Assembly (NCBI RefSeq): GCF_000025945.1
Contig: NC_006138.1
Coordinates: 90,001 to 122,000 of the forward strand
DNA: 32,000 bases
Direction: 5' to 3'
From: Desulfotalea psychrophila LSv54
Lineage (GTDB): Bacteria > Desulfobacterota > Desulfobulbia > Desulfobulbales > Desulfocapsaceae
Shown here piece by piece: positions 1-7,643 of the stretch (position 1 is its first letter; each line of letters begins with the position of its first letter). The notes under the pieces are model-generated. The model saw nothing but the letters and a program-made list of their open reading frames with translations, was not told where the DNA came from and did not search any database. The translations under genes and the position numbers were made by a program.

Positions 1-128
1 ATGAGATTATTATTTTAGACAGTGGCGAAATAGCCGACCGTGGTAGCCACCAACACCTCCTGAGACACAATTCCCTCTATCAGTCCATGGCTAAAAAACA
101 ACAGGAACAGAGGGAGGAGAAACTATGA
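1..128 (+). CDS. ABC exporter ATP-binding/permease subunit, C-terminal fragment (5' end lies outside the window)
   Basis: An open frame runs from the window edge (codons from nt 3). It reads EIIILDSGEIADRGSHQHLLRHNSLYQSMAKKQQEQREEKL*, a typical tail of an ABC exporter nucleotide-binding domain. Its TGA at 126-128 overlaps the ATG at 125-127 of the next ABC gene (ATGA overlap). Confidence 0.7.
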   Translation, partial: EIIILDSGEIADRGSHQHLLRHNSLYQSMAKKQQEQREEKL

Positions 129-1933
129 AAAGCTATGGATACGACGAGGCCGGGCAGACAGGCTCCCTGACAGACGGGCAACTCTGGGGCCGCATCCTGC
201 AAATGACGGCTGCCTACAAATGGCACCTGCTCGCTGCTATCATTCTCTCCCTACTCATCACCGCCACCAGCCTCAGTCTCCCCCACCTTATCCAAAGGGG
301 TATCGACGATTTTATGACAGCGACCAAACTGCCCATGGACACCAGGTTTTCCGGCATTGGTCAAATAGCTGTTCTTTACGCAGCATGCATTACCCTTTTT
401 TTCGCAGCCAACTTTCTCCAGATCGTCCTCCTCGAGTGGATTGGACAAAAGGTAATGCACCATATTCGCCAAACCCTCTTCCGTCGCATGTTAGGCTTCG
501 ACCTCCGCTTCTTCAGCGATCATCCGACGGGCAGCTTAGTCACCAGGCTCACAAACGATATTCAAAATATGCACGATATGTTCACCTCGGTGATCGTCAA
601 CCTCTTTAATGACTGCCTACGCCTTATTGGCATTCTGGCCATCCTTATCCTGATGAATGCCCGTTTAGGGCTCTTCATGACCCTCTTCCTCCCCCTCGCC
701 CTGATCAGCACCATCATCTTTTCCCGCCTGGCCCGGAAAAAATTCAGGGCCATGCGGGTCGGGATCGGCAAAATCAACACCTTTCTCAGCGAAGCGATAT
801 CAGGGGCATCAACCATCCAGCTCTTTGGCCGTGAGCGAACATTCTTTTCTCAGTTCAAAGAGATAAATCAAACCTACCTAGGCCACTGCCTGGGACAGGT
901 AAAGGTGTTTGGCGCCTTTATGCCCTTCACCGAGTTTATGGCAACCATCGCCACGGCCTTTATCCTTTGGTATGGCGGTGGCCAGGTAATACAAAAGCAT
1001 CTCAGCCTGGGGGAACTGGTGGCCTTCCTCTCCTATATGCGCCTCTTCTTCCAACCACTCCGGGAACTCTCACAAAAATACTCCATCGTCCAGGCGGCCA
1101 TGGCCTCGGCTGAGCGAATCTTCCATCTACTCGATACAGAGTCACAGATAAAGGCACCGGAAAGACTTTCTGGCCCGTCCTCCCCTGTTCAGGGAGAGAT
1201 TATCTTCAATGACATCCACTTTAGCTACAACCCCAAGGTACCGACACTCAGAGGCATCAACCTCCATATCCAAGCCGGCCAGACCATAGCCATCGTCGGT
1301 ACCACCGGAGCAGGTAAAACCAGCCTTATCAACCTCCTGCTACGATTTTATGACCCCGAAAAGGGGCAGATAACAATCGACGGCAATAATATCAGCCAAT
1401 ATCCCTTCAAGACCCTTCGTTCCATGGTGGGGGTTATTTTACAGGATATTATTTTATTGCAAGATACCCTCCTTGCCAATATTATCATGGACACCAACCG
1501 ATCACGCGCCGAGGTTGAAAAAATATTAACAGAGACGGGGATGAACCGTTTTGTAAAAAAACTCCCCAAAGGCTTAGACAGCGCCATTGGCCCGGGCGGT
1601 CAGAATCTCTCTACCGGAGAAAAGCAGCTCCTCTCCTTTGCCAGGGTACTCTGCCGCAGACCGGCTATAATCGTCCTTGATGAGGCAACCGCCGCCATCG
1701 ATACCGAGTCTGAAAATATCCTTGAAGAGGCCTTAGCTAAAACATTTGTCAACCGTACTTCCATCATCATCGCCCATAGACTTTCCACCATAAAGAGGGC
1801 TGATAAGACTATTGTTATGGACAGGGGCAGGATAATCGAACAGGGTAGCCACCAGGAACTGCTGGCTCTTAAGGGTCGATATTATCACCTCGTTCGTCTT
1901 GACCAGAAGCAATTAGGGGGAAATAAGCTGTAG
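125..1933 (+). CDS. ABC transporter, fused permease/ATP-binding protein (type I exporter, MsbA/MdlB-like)
   Basis: 602-aa ORF with a hydrophobic N-terminal half containing multiple TM helices. The C-terminal NBD has Walker A GTTGAGKTS, signature LSTGEKQ, Walker B IIVLDEATAAID and an H-loop IIAHRLST. Confidence 0.93.
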   Translation: MKSYGYDEAGQTGSLTDGQLWGRILQMTAAYKWHLLAAIILSLLITATSLSLPHLIQRGIDDFMTATKLPMDTRFSGIGQIAVLYAACITLFFAANFLQIVLLEWIGQKVMHHIRQTLFRRMLGFDLRFFSDHPTGSLVTRLTNDIQNMHDMFTSVIVNLFNDCLRLIGILAILILMNARLGLFMTLFLPLALISTIIFSRLARKKFRAMRVGIGKINTFLSEAISGASTIQLFGRERTFFSQFKEINQTYLGHCLGQVKVFGAFMPFTEFMATIATAFILWYGGGQVIQKHLSLGELVAFLSYMRLFFQPLRELSQKYSIVQAAMASAERIFHLLDTESQIKAPERLSGPSSPVQGEIIFNDIHFSYNPKVPTLRGINLHIQAGQTIAIVGTTGAGKTSLINLLLRFYDPEKGQITIDGNNISQYPFKTLRSMVGVILQDIILLQDTLLANIIMDTNRSRAEVEKILTETGMNRFVKKLPKGLDSAIGPGGQNLSTGEKQLLSFARVLCRRPAIIVLDEATAAIDTESENILEEALAKTFVNRTSIIIAHRLSTIKRADKTIVMDRGRIIEQGSHQELLALKGRYYHLVRLDQKQLGGNKL

Positions 1934-1962
1934 CAGTGGAGCGTAGCGGAATGGCGAGCTAT

Positions 1963-1988
1963 CAGCTGTCAGCTGTCAGCTGTCAGCT
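1963..1988. repeat. Tandem heptamer (CAGCTGT), about 3.7 copies
   Basis: Direct reading: cagctgt cagctgt cagctgt cagct. Confidence 0.95.
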
Positions 1989-2000
1989 AAAAGCAAAAAC

Positions 2001-2036
2001 AAGGACAAGGACAAGGACAAGGACAAGGACAAGGAC
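2001..2036. repeat. Tandem hexamer (AAGGAC), 6 perfect copies
   Basis: Direct reading of six consecutive aaggac units. Confidence 0.95.
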
Positions 2037-2047
2037 AAAAAGTTAAC

Positions 2048-2083
2048 CACAGAGAGCACAGAGAGCACAGAGTACACAGAGAT
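2048..2083. repeat. Tandem nonamer (CACAGAGAG), 4 copies, the last two degenerate at their 3' ends
   Basis: Direct reading: cacagagag cacagagag cacagagta cacagagat. Confidence 0.95.
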
Positions 2084-2210
2084 TTTTTTGGTAAAGGACA
2101 GACACAGAAAGCTGTAGCAGTGAAGCGCTAGCGGAATGGCGAGAACCAGGCTCTTTATCGAGAAAAGCCTACAGATACGCGAAATGGTCAAACAAAACTG
2201 AAGGATATTT

Positions 2211-2453
2211 ATGAAAAAAAAGCACACACCGTGGTGGCTGAGTGCCATATTGGCTGTTATCTCTTATCTGGGAATTAAATATTTTCTTCCCCAATTCTTC
2301 CCCCCCGTCTGGCATGGTTTTATCCCACAGCTTGCCCCCTTGGCGGCCATTGGCTTCTTACTCTATAGCGCAGCCTTGCTCTATGAGGATGATATAAAGA
2401 CAACAGAGGAGGAGCATGAAGCATATAAAGCTTTTTGCAACAGAGAGGAATAG
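2211..2453 (+). CDS. Small hypothetical membrane protein (80 aa, two predicted TM helices, acidic C-terminus)
   Basis: The ATG is preceded by GAAGGA with a spacer of about 5 nt. There are two hydrophobic stretches (WWLSAILAVISYLGIKYFL and LAPLAAIGFLLYSAALLY). No family was recognised. Confidence 0.5.
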   Translation: MKKKHTPWWLSAILAVISYLGIKYFLPQFFPPVWHGFIPQLAPLAAIGFLLYSAALLYEDDIKTTEEEHEAYKAFCNREE

Positions 2454-2470
2454 AGGCAAATGCAGGCCTT

Positions 2471-2980
2471 TTACTTCCAACTCTCATAATGGATAAACTC
2501 TGGCTTAAAACGATCCTTGAACTCGACAGGGGTCCCAGAATAGCCAATGGGAATAACGGCGAAGGGCCGCGCCTCCGCGGGTATGGCGAAGGCTTCTCTA
2601 AAACTAGCCATACGTCCGGGATTTGGATAAACCCTCAGCCAATGGGCAGCAAGGCCTAGCTCTCTAACCGTAAGAAGCATATTTTGGGTTGCCGCACTAC
2701 AATCCTGCGACCAGTACATCGGCCACCTACCAGTAACCTCTCCACAAACAAGCAGAGCAAGAGGAGCACCGACCACCACTGCTGCATAGGGATGTATTTC
2801 CTTTATAGTAGCCAATTTTTTCTTATCCCGCACCACCACAAAACGCCACGACTGCTGATTGCCGGCAGAAGGTGCGGCCATCGCGGCCCGTAATATTTTT
2901 TCTATATCGCTATCTGACACCGGCTTATCGAGAAAACTGCGACAACTTCTTCTGACGTGTAGAGCTTCAAACAATTCCAT
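2471..2980 (-). CDS. Nitroreductase family protein (FMN-dependent)
   Basis: 169-aa ORF. The N-terminus MELFEALHVRRSCRSFLDKPVSDSDIEKILRAAMAAPSAGNQQSWRFVVV is the classic nitroreductase-fold signature (RRS.R.F, APS..N.Q.W.F). An AGGAAAGG RBS precedes the ATG. Confidence 0.9.
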   Translation of the reverse strand: MELFEALHVRRSCRSFLDKPVSDSDIEKILRAAMAAPSAGNQQSWRFVVVRDKKKLATIKEIHPYAAVVVGAPLALLVCGEVTGRWPMYWSQDCSAATQNMLLTVRELGLAAHWLRVYPNPGRMASFREAFAIPAEARPFAVIPIGYSGTPVEFKDRFKPEFIHYESWK

Positions 2981-3023
2981 AGCCTTTCCTTCTACTGAAT
3001 TCCATAGCCTTCCTTTTTACTGT
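2974..3023. repeat. 25-bp tandem duplication of the nitroreductase translation-initiation region (RBS plus ATGGAAT)
   Basis: Positions 2974-2998 and 2999-3023 match at 21/25 by hand alignment. Both copies carry cat (ATG on the minus strand), at 2978-2980 and 3003-3005. Confidence 0.85.
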
Positions 3024-3303
3024 TATAGGCCAAGCCACTTTCCTTGACCAATCCAAAGCAATAAGCATGGATAGATTTGAAAACATGATATCAAAAAGGC
3101 GAATAACAAAACAAAACAAAAAAGAAATTTTAGAAGTAAAAAGAAAAGCTCGCATATTTTTTTCTTTACAAGAAGTAGCTTTTTGTGCAGAAACAGCATA
3201 CACATCTTTCGCCTCACTCTCTTTTGAAAAAGCAAGAAAGATGATCTACATAAGTGGTAGTATGTAGACAAAAGTAGAGATCAACTTTAAACAGGAAAAT
3301 ATA

Positions 3304-3985
3304 ATGAAAACACAAAGAGATACAGACAAGAAGATTATTGCTCTTATCAAAATGGGTGACAAAATCCTCGAAACTGCAGTTGAGGGTCATCAAAAACAAT
3401 ATCTCAATGAAAAAAAATTCCACGACTTCAGGATTTCCGCTCTCTCTTTTTTGAGCGTCACCTTTGGGGTAACAAGTCAATTCTACAAAGAATTCGAAAA
3501 AGAGGTGACCCTACCCAACCCCTACCAGAACAGAACGTGCCCTAGGTATCCTCACGGCAGCGCAAAGAGAGCTACAGGGAGATTGGTTGGTCTCCATGAA
3601 AACCGAAGTCTACGGGAAATTTGAACGTGGTCTTCTCATAAATGCCAAGAGACAGCTCAGCGAAGGAAAAAAACTCTCTGCCCTGGTTTTGGCCATGAAC
3701 CTGCTTGAGAGTCATCTACAAAATTTTTCCCTGCAGAACGAAATGTCTATCATGCGGGAAGTTGGTGGTGTAACCCATCCATATACCTCTGTGCAGATCA
3801 ACAGCAGGGTGTATAAGAAGGGTCTCTATGAAAGAAAAACCAATAAATCTATTTTTACCTGGTTAGAGATTCAGCAAAAGGCAAGCGATGACGGGATTGA
3901 TAGCATTAGCGAAGAACAGATCAATAAATTAATCGATGGCATCATCCTCTTCACCATCACCTATCCTACAGAGCCTGCGGAGTAA
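3304..3985 (+). pseudogene. Hypothetical protein gene split by a frameshift (fragments 3304-3624 and 3509/3587-3985)
   Basis: Two overlapping same-strand ORFs. The downstream frame is already open from 3509 and reads ...TERALGILTAAQRELQGDWLVSMKTEVYGKF..., while the upstream frame turns into Pro/Arg-rich junk after ...KEFEKEVTLPNP. The total length of 682 nt equals 3n+1, as expected for one extra nucleotide. The junction lies in the C-rich stretch ccctacccaacccctacc. Confidence 0.4.
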
Positions 3986-3991
3986 GAAAAT

Positions 3992-4204
3992 ATGGTTGCG
4001 GAGACAGAGGAAAGAATTCAACGCCTTGAAGAGGATTTCGAGTTTCAAGATACGACAATAGCCACCCTTAACCAGGTTATTATCGATCAACAGCAACAGA
4101 TCAATACCCTTTTCTTGGAACTTGAAAAGCTCAAACATGCCCTGGTCGCCATGGGTACGGGCACGGAAGACCAAGGCCCTGACCCGCTACCGCCACACTA
4201 TTAG
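3992..4204 (+). CDS. slyX: SlyX family protein
   Basis: 70-aa coiled-coil protein. The motif RIQRLEEDFEFQDTTIATLNQVI and the C-terminal PLPPHY match the SlyX pattern (E. coli SlyX: LE.RLAFQE.TIEELN ... PPPHY). Confidence 0.85.
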   Translation: MVAETEERIQRLEEDFEFQDTTIATLNQVIIDQQQQINTLFLELEKLKHALVAMGTGTEDQGPDPLPPHY

Positions 4205-4233
4205 GGGAAAATGGGGCAGCAAGGCATAACCTT

Positions 4234-5085
4234 ATGAGGAACAAGAAGATGAGCATATACTGCCTAGACGGGAATTTCATTGCTGAAGAGAAGGCCACAA
4301 TTTCGGTACATGACCTCTCCCTGCTCCGCGGCTATGGCGTTTTTGATTTCCTCCGCAGTTATAATGGTCATCCCTTCCAACTACAGGCCCATATAGATCG
4401 CCTTGCCCGATCTGCGCAGCTCGTAGGCCTTAGCCTCCCGGTCTCCTGTGAAGAGATCTTCCGACTCACCATGGAGACCATCGCCCACAATAACCATCAG
4501 GAGTATCAGATCCGCCTTGTCATCACCGGCGGAGAGAGCCTTGGTGGATTTCTCCCGGAAAGGGGTGCGGCAAGGCTTATCATTATGGTCAGCCCCCTAC
4601 ACCCGTTACCTGAGCAGTGGTACAGCAATGGGGTTAAGGTGACCACCTGTAGAACCAGCCGTTTTCTTCCCGGGGCAAAGACCACCAACTACATCCCGGC
4701 CATCCTGGCCATGCAGGAGGCCACGGCCCGGGGGGCAGTTGAGTCCATCTACCTCGACGCGGGAGGCTTTCTCCAAGAGGGAACAACCTCAAATTTCTTT
4801 GCCTTTTTTGGCTCGACCCTTGTTACCCCACCAAGTAGCCGCATACTCCCTGGAATCACCAGGGAAGCGGTACTTGATCTGGCCCAAGGAGAGTTCAATA
4901 TCGAAATTCGTCCCATCCATCAGGATGAAATCCGCCTTATGGACGAGGCCGTGATCACGGCCTCCAACAAGGAGATATTACCCGTCTGCGCCATAAACTC
5001 CGAGCAAATCTCACAGAAAGTCGGCCTGCACAGCAAAAAGCTCATGCAGCTCTTTAAGAGTTTCACTCGTAAATACCAGGGTTAG
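4234..5085 (+). CDS. Aminotransferase class IV (branched-chain / D-amino-acid aminotransferase family)
   Basis: 283-aa ORF. RGYGVFDFLR, the catalytic-Lys context PGAKTTNYIPAILAMQEA, and EGTTSNFF...ILPGITR are class IV PLP-enzyme motifs. An alternative start at ATG 4249 (after GAGGA) is possible. Confidence 0.9.
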   Translation: MRNKKMSIYCLDGNFIAEEKATISVHDLSLLRGYGVFDFLRSYNGHPFQLQAHIDRLARSAQLVGLSLPVSCEEIFRLTMETIAHNNHQEYQIRLVITGGESLGGFLPERGAARLIIMVSPLHPLPEQWYSNGVKVTTCRTSRFLPGAKTTNYIPAILAMQEATARGAVESIYLDAGGFLQEGTTSNFFAFFGSTLVTPPSSRILPGITREAVLDLAQGEFNIEIRPIHQDEIRLMDEAVITASNKEILPVCAINSEQISQKVGLHSKKLMQLFKSFTRKYQG

Positions 5086-5086
5086 G

Positions 5087-5719
5087 ATGGAGCTTCACAC
5101 CTTTATCACCTGCTTTATTGCAGTAAGCCTCCTCACCCTGACACCTGGCGTTGATACAATCCTTGTCATTCGCAACAGCGTTCGGGGTGGCTGGCAAGAT
5201 GGTATCAGCACAAGCTTTGGTATCTGCTCCGGCCTCTTTATCCATGCCATGATTTCCGCCATGGGTCTTTCCCTGATCCTCCTACAAACGGCCTGGGCAT
5301 TCTCCCTGATTAAATACGCGGGTGCCGTCTATCTTATATACTTAGGTCTTTGCGGTCTGCGCCAGGCAGGCAAGAGCCAGCCCGACCTCTTTATCGGCAC
5401 AGCAACAGGAGCAGTCTCCTTTACCTTCTTCCGCTCCTTCGGCGAGGGTTTTCTCTCCAATATCCTCAACCCCAAGGCAGTTCTCTTCTATCTCGCCTTT
5501 TTACCCCAGTTTATCAGTCCTGAAAAATCGCCAGTAATCCAATCACTTATTGTAGTTTCAACCCACTTCACAGTGGCAATGATCTATGGATGCGTCCTTG
5601 CAGGAATCACCAATAGAGCCCAACGACTCTTTGCCTCCCGGGCCTACAATCGTATTTTCAACGGGCTTACCGGCTCAATACTTATTTTTATTGGCATAAA
5701 GCTCGCCTCAGCCAAATAA
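5087..5719 (+). CDS. LysE/RhtB family amino-acid efflux protein
   Basis: 210-aa polytopic membrane ORF. The N-terminal motif LTPGVDTILVIRNSV and the later LSNILNPKAVLFYLAFLPQFI are typical LysE-family motifs. The ATG lies 1 nt after the upstream TAG. Confidence 0.9.
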   Translation: MELHTFITCFIAVSLLTLTPGVDTILVIRNSVRGGWQDGISTSFGICSGLFIHAMISAMGLSLILLQTAWAFSLIKYAGAVYLIYLGLCGLRQAGKSQPDLFIGTATGAVSFTFFRSFGEGFLSNILNPKAVLFYLAFLPQFISPEKSPVIQSLIVVSTHFTVAMIYGCVLAGITNRAQRLFASRAYNRIFNGLTGSILIFIGIKLASAK

Positions 5720-5928
5720 AAGCAGCCCAGCTAGCTATAAAGTCTATAAATTTTCAGAAAAAACCAGCGCTGCTACCACTGATAAAACATCCTCCAAGAG
5801 GAAATCCCTTCCTCCTCGCCCCACCACTACACATCAATTAAGCAAAGGCTCCTCGAGCAACGATCAAGTTCAATGACGGCCCATAAGAGGAGCGTCTCGT
5901 TCAGATTGCGGGCTTTGCTGATAAATGG

Positions 5929-5953
5929 TAATTAATCTTTATAAGATTAATTA
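5929..5953. promoter_or_regulatory. Perfect 25-bp palindrome (11-bp arms, 3-nt centre), a candidate operator
   Basis: The sequence taattaatctt-tat-aagattaatta was checked base by base. It lies about 45 nt upstream of the RBS-supported GTG start at 5999. It overlaps a possible promoter (TTGCTG at 5915-5920, then TTATAA/TATAAG). Confidence 0.5.
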
Positions 5954-5998
5954 TTCACATCCAAAGTGATCATTTCATTTCCCGCAAGGAGAGTAAGC

Positions 5999-7525
5999 GT
6001 GCAGCTACACCATAAATTCATTGAAGTGGCTAAAAGATTAGGCAAGAAAGAGGCCATACACGACTTCAGCACCGGGGCAAAACTTGACTATAAAAAAGCA
6101 CTTATTGCCTCCCTGATCCTCTCTGCAATATTTAAAAAATTCGACAAGGGCTTTGTCGGCCTGATGTTGCCCACCTCGGCAGGCTGCATACTCTCGAACC
6201 TCGGCCTTCTGCTCTGTGGACGTATCCCGGTAATGGTCAACTATTCGACGGGGGCAGAACAAAATGCCCGCTTCGCCCAACAAAAATGTGCCTTTTCAAC
6301 GATCATCACCTCAAAAAAGTTGCTGGAGAAGATAGATTGCCCCCACGTCGAGGGCATGGTCTATATCGAAGATATCATGGCGGGCATAAACGGTCTGCAA
6401 AAGGCCAAGGCTGCCTTTATTGCCTCCCTGCCGGCAAACACTATCAAGACCCTGGTACACGGCAGCCATGATGAAGACACAGCCGTCATCCTCTTTACCA
6501 GCGGCAGTGAAAAAGAACCCAGGGCCGTCCAGCTTACTCACAAAAATATCAATACAAATATCAACTCCATCAATAAGATATTTCACTTTAACAGCGAGGA
6601 TATTTTCCTTTCGTCTCTGCCCTTTTTTCATGTTTTTGGCCTCACCACCAGCTTCTGGTTACCCATCTCCAAGGGTCTTACCATGCTGACCTACGCCAAC
6701 CCCCTTGATTTCAAAAAGATCTGTAGCATCGTCCGGGAGCACAAGGCCACCTTTCTAGTGGGTACCCCCTCCTTTTTCTGGGGTTATCTGCGTAAATCAG
6801 AACGAGGTGATTTTGCTTCCCTGCGCATCGCCCTGGCCGGAGCAGATAAATGCCCTGACTCCCTGCGGACAAAATTTTTAGAGAAACACGGTATCACCCT
6901 CTATGAGGGATACGGAGCCACGGAGTGTTCTCCCGTTATTGCGGCCAACTGCCCCGAAGCCAACTGCCCCGGTAGCGTCGGCAAGCCCCTTCCTGATTTA
7001 CAGATACGCATTGAAAACTATGAGACAGGAGAGGAGTGCCCTCCCGAAGAAGATGGCCGAATACTGGTTAAGGGAGAGAGCGTCATGAAGGGCTACTTCA
7101 ATGACTTTGAACAGACAAGTCTCCATATCAGGAATGGTTGGTACGATACCGGCGATATGGGAAATATTGATAAAAATGGTTTTCTCTGGCATGTCGGCCG
7201 ACTAAAAAGATTTGTCAAAATTGGCGGCGAGATGATTTCTCTAGTTAAAATTGAAGATGTGCTTGAGAAGTTTCTTACAGAAGACACCCTCTGCTGCATT
7301 GTGGAGGTGCCAGACGCCACCAAAGGCGCAAAGATTATTGCCGTGGTCACAGCAGAAATTGATGAGAAAAAAGTGCTCAAACAGATGGCAGAGCATCTAC
7401 CCAAACTGTCCCTACCCAAGAAATTCCTCTATCAGGAGAGCCTGCCTAAAATGGGCAGTGGCAAGCTGGACTTTAAAGCAATCACAGAGATAGCCAGAAC
7501 AAGAATGGCCAAAAAGAAACCCTAG
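5999..7525 (+). CDS. AMP-dependent synthetase/ligase (acyl-CoA or acyl-ACP synthetase, Aas C-terminal-domain-like)
   Basis: Adenylate-forming enzyme motifs are present: ILFTSGSEKEPRAV, YEGYGATE, YDTGDMG and GRLKRFVKIGGEMISL. The GTG at 5999 is preceded by AAGGAG with a 6-nt spacer. The ORF track's start at 5966 is the upstream alternative. Confidence 0.88.
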   Translation: MQLHHKFIEVAKRLGKKEAIHDFSTGAKLDYKKALIASLILSAIFKKFDKGFVGLMLPTSAGCILSNLGLLLCGRIPVMVNYSTGAEQNARFAQQKCAFSTIITSKKLLEKIDCPHVEGMVYIEDIMAGINGLQKAKAAFIASLPANTIKTLVHGSHDEDTAVILFTSGSEKEPRAVQLTHKNINTNINSINKIFHFNSEDIFLSSLPFFHVFGLTTSFWLPISKGLTMLTYANPLDFKKICSIVREHKATFLVGTPSFFWGYLRKSERGDFASLRIALAGADKCPDSLRTKFLEKHGITLYEGYGATECSPVIAANCPEANCPGSVGKPLPDLQIRIENYETGEECPPEEDGRILVKGESVMKGYFNDFEQTSLHIRNGWYDTGDMGNIDKNGFLWHVGRLKRFVKIGGEMISLVKIEDVLEKFLTEDTLCCIVEVPDATKGAKIIAVVTAEIDEKKVLKQMAEHLPKLSLPKKFLYQESLPKMGSGKLDFKAITEIARTRMAKKKP

Positions 7526-7643
7526 GGAAGGAGATTATCTCCTTTACCTTGACCTACTGGTAGATTTTTAGCTTTTAAGCATGTAGAATGTTTAACTGTA
7601 TACTTTCCCATCCTAGCTAAATGTCACCTAACAGGTCTACTGC

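Larger units (their letters stand above)
1925..2143. repeat. Composite repeat block: 34/35-bp imperfect direct repeats (1925-1958 and 2109-2143) bracketing three different microsatellite arrays
   Basis: Copy 1 is aagctgtagcagtggagcgtagcggaatggcgag and copy 2 is aagctgtagcagtgaagcgctagcggaatggcgag (1 substitution, 1 indel). Copy 1 overlaps the TAG stop of the ABC gene (1931-1933). Confidence 0.9.

Noticed and set aside
1963-2083. Possible CRISPR array, because of the regularly repeated short units
   Set aside because: The units are 6-9 bp and directly abutting, with no unique spacers. CRISPR repeats are about 24-48 bp and are separated by spacers of similar length. No cas genes are present.
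1976-2248. 90-aa minus-strand ORF ending in ...LSVLSVLSVVNFLSLSLSLSLSLSLF
   Set aside because: Its sequence is simply the translation of the microsatellite arrays. It is low-complexity, has no RBS, and overlaps the start of the 2211 ORF. It is a repeat artefact rather than a gene.
3067-3267. 66-aa plus-strand ORF in the A/T-rich patch
   Set aside because: It has no RBS, its Lys-rich composition is what A-rich DNA would produce, and no family was recognised. A small gene cannot be excluded, but there is no positive evidence for one.
7528-7544. Hairpin aaggaga-tta-tctcctt directly after the ligase stop, considered as a terminator
   Set aside because: The stem is short and A/T-rich with a 3-nt loop, and no U-tract follows. 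That is too weak to call a terminator.
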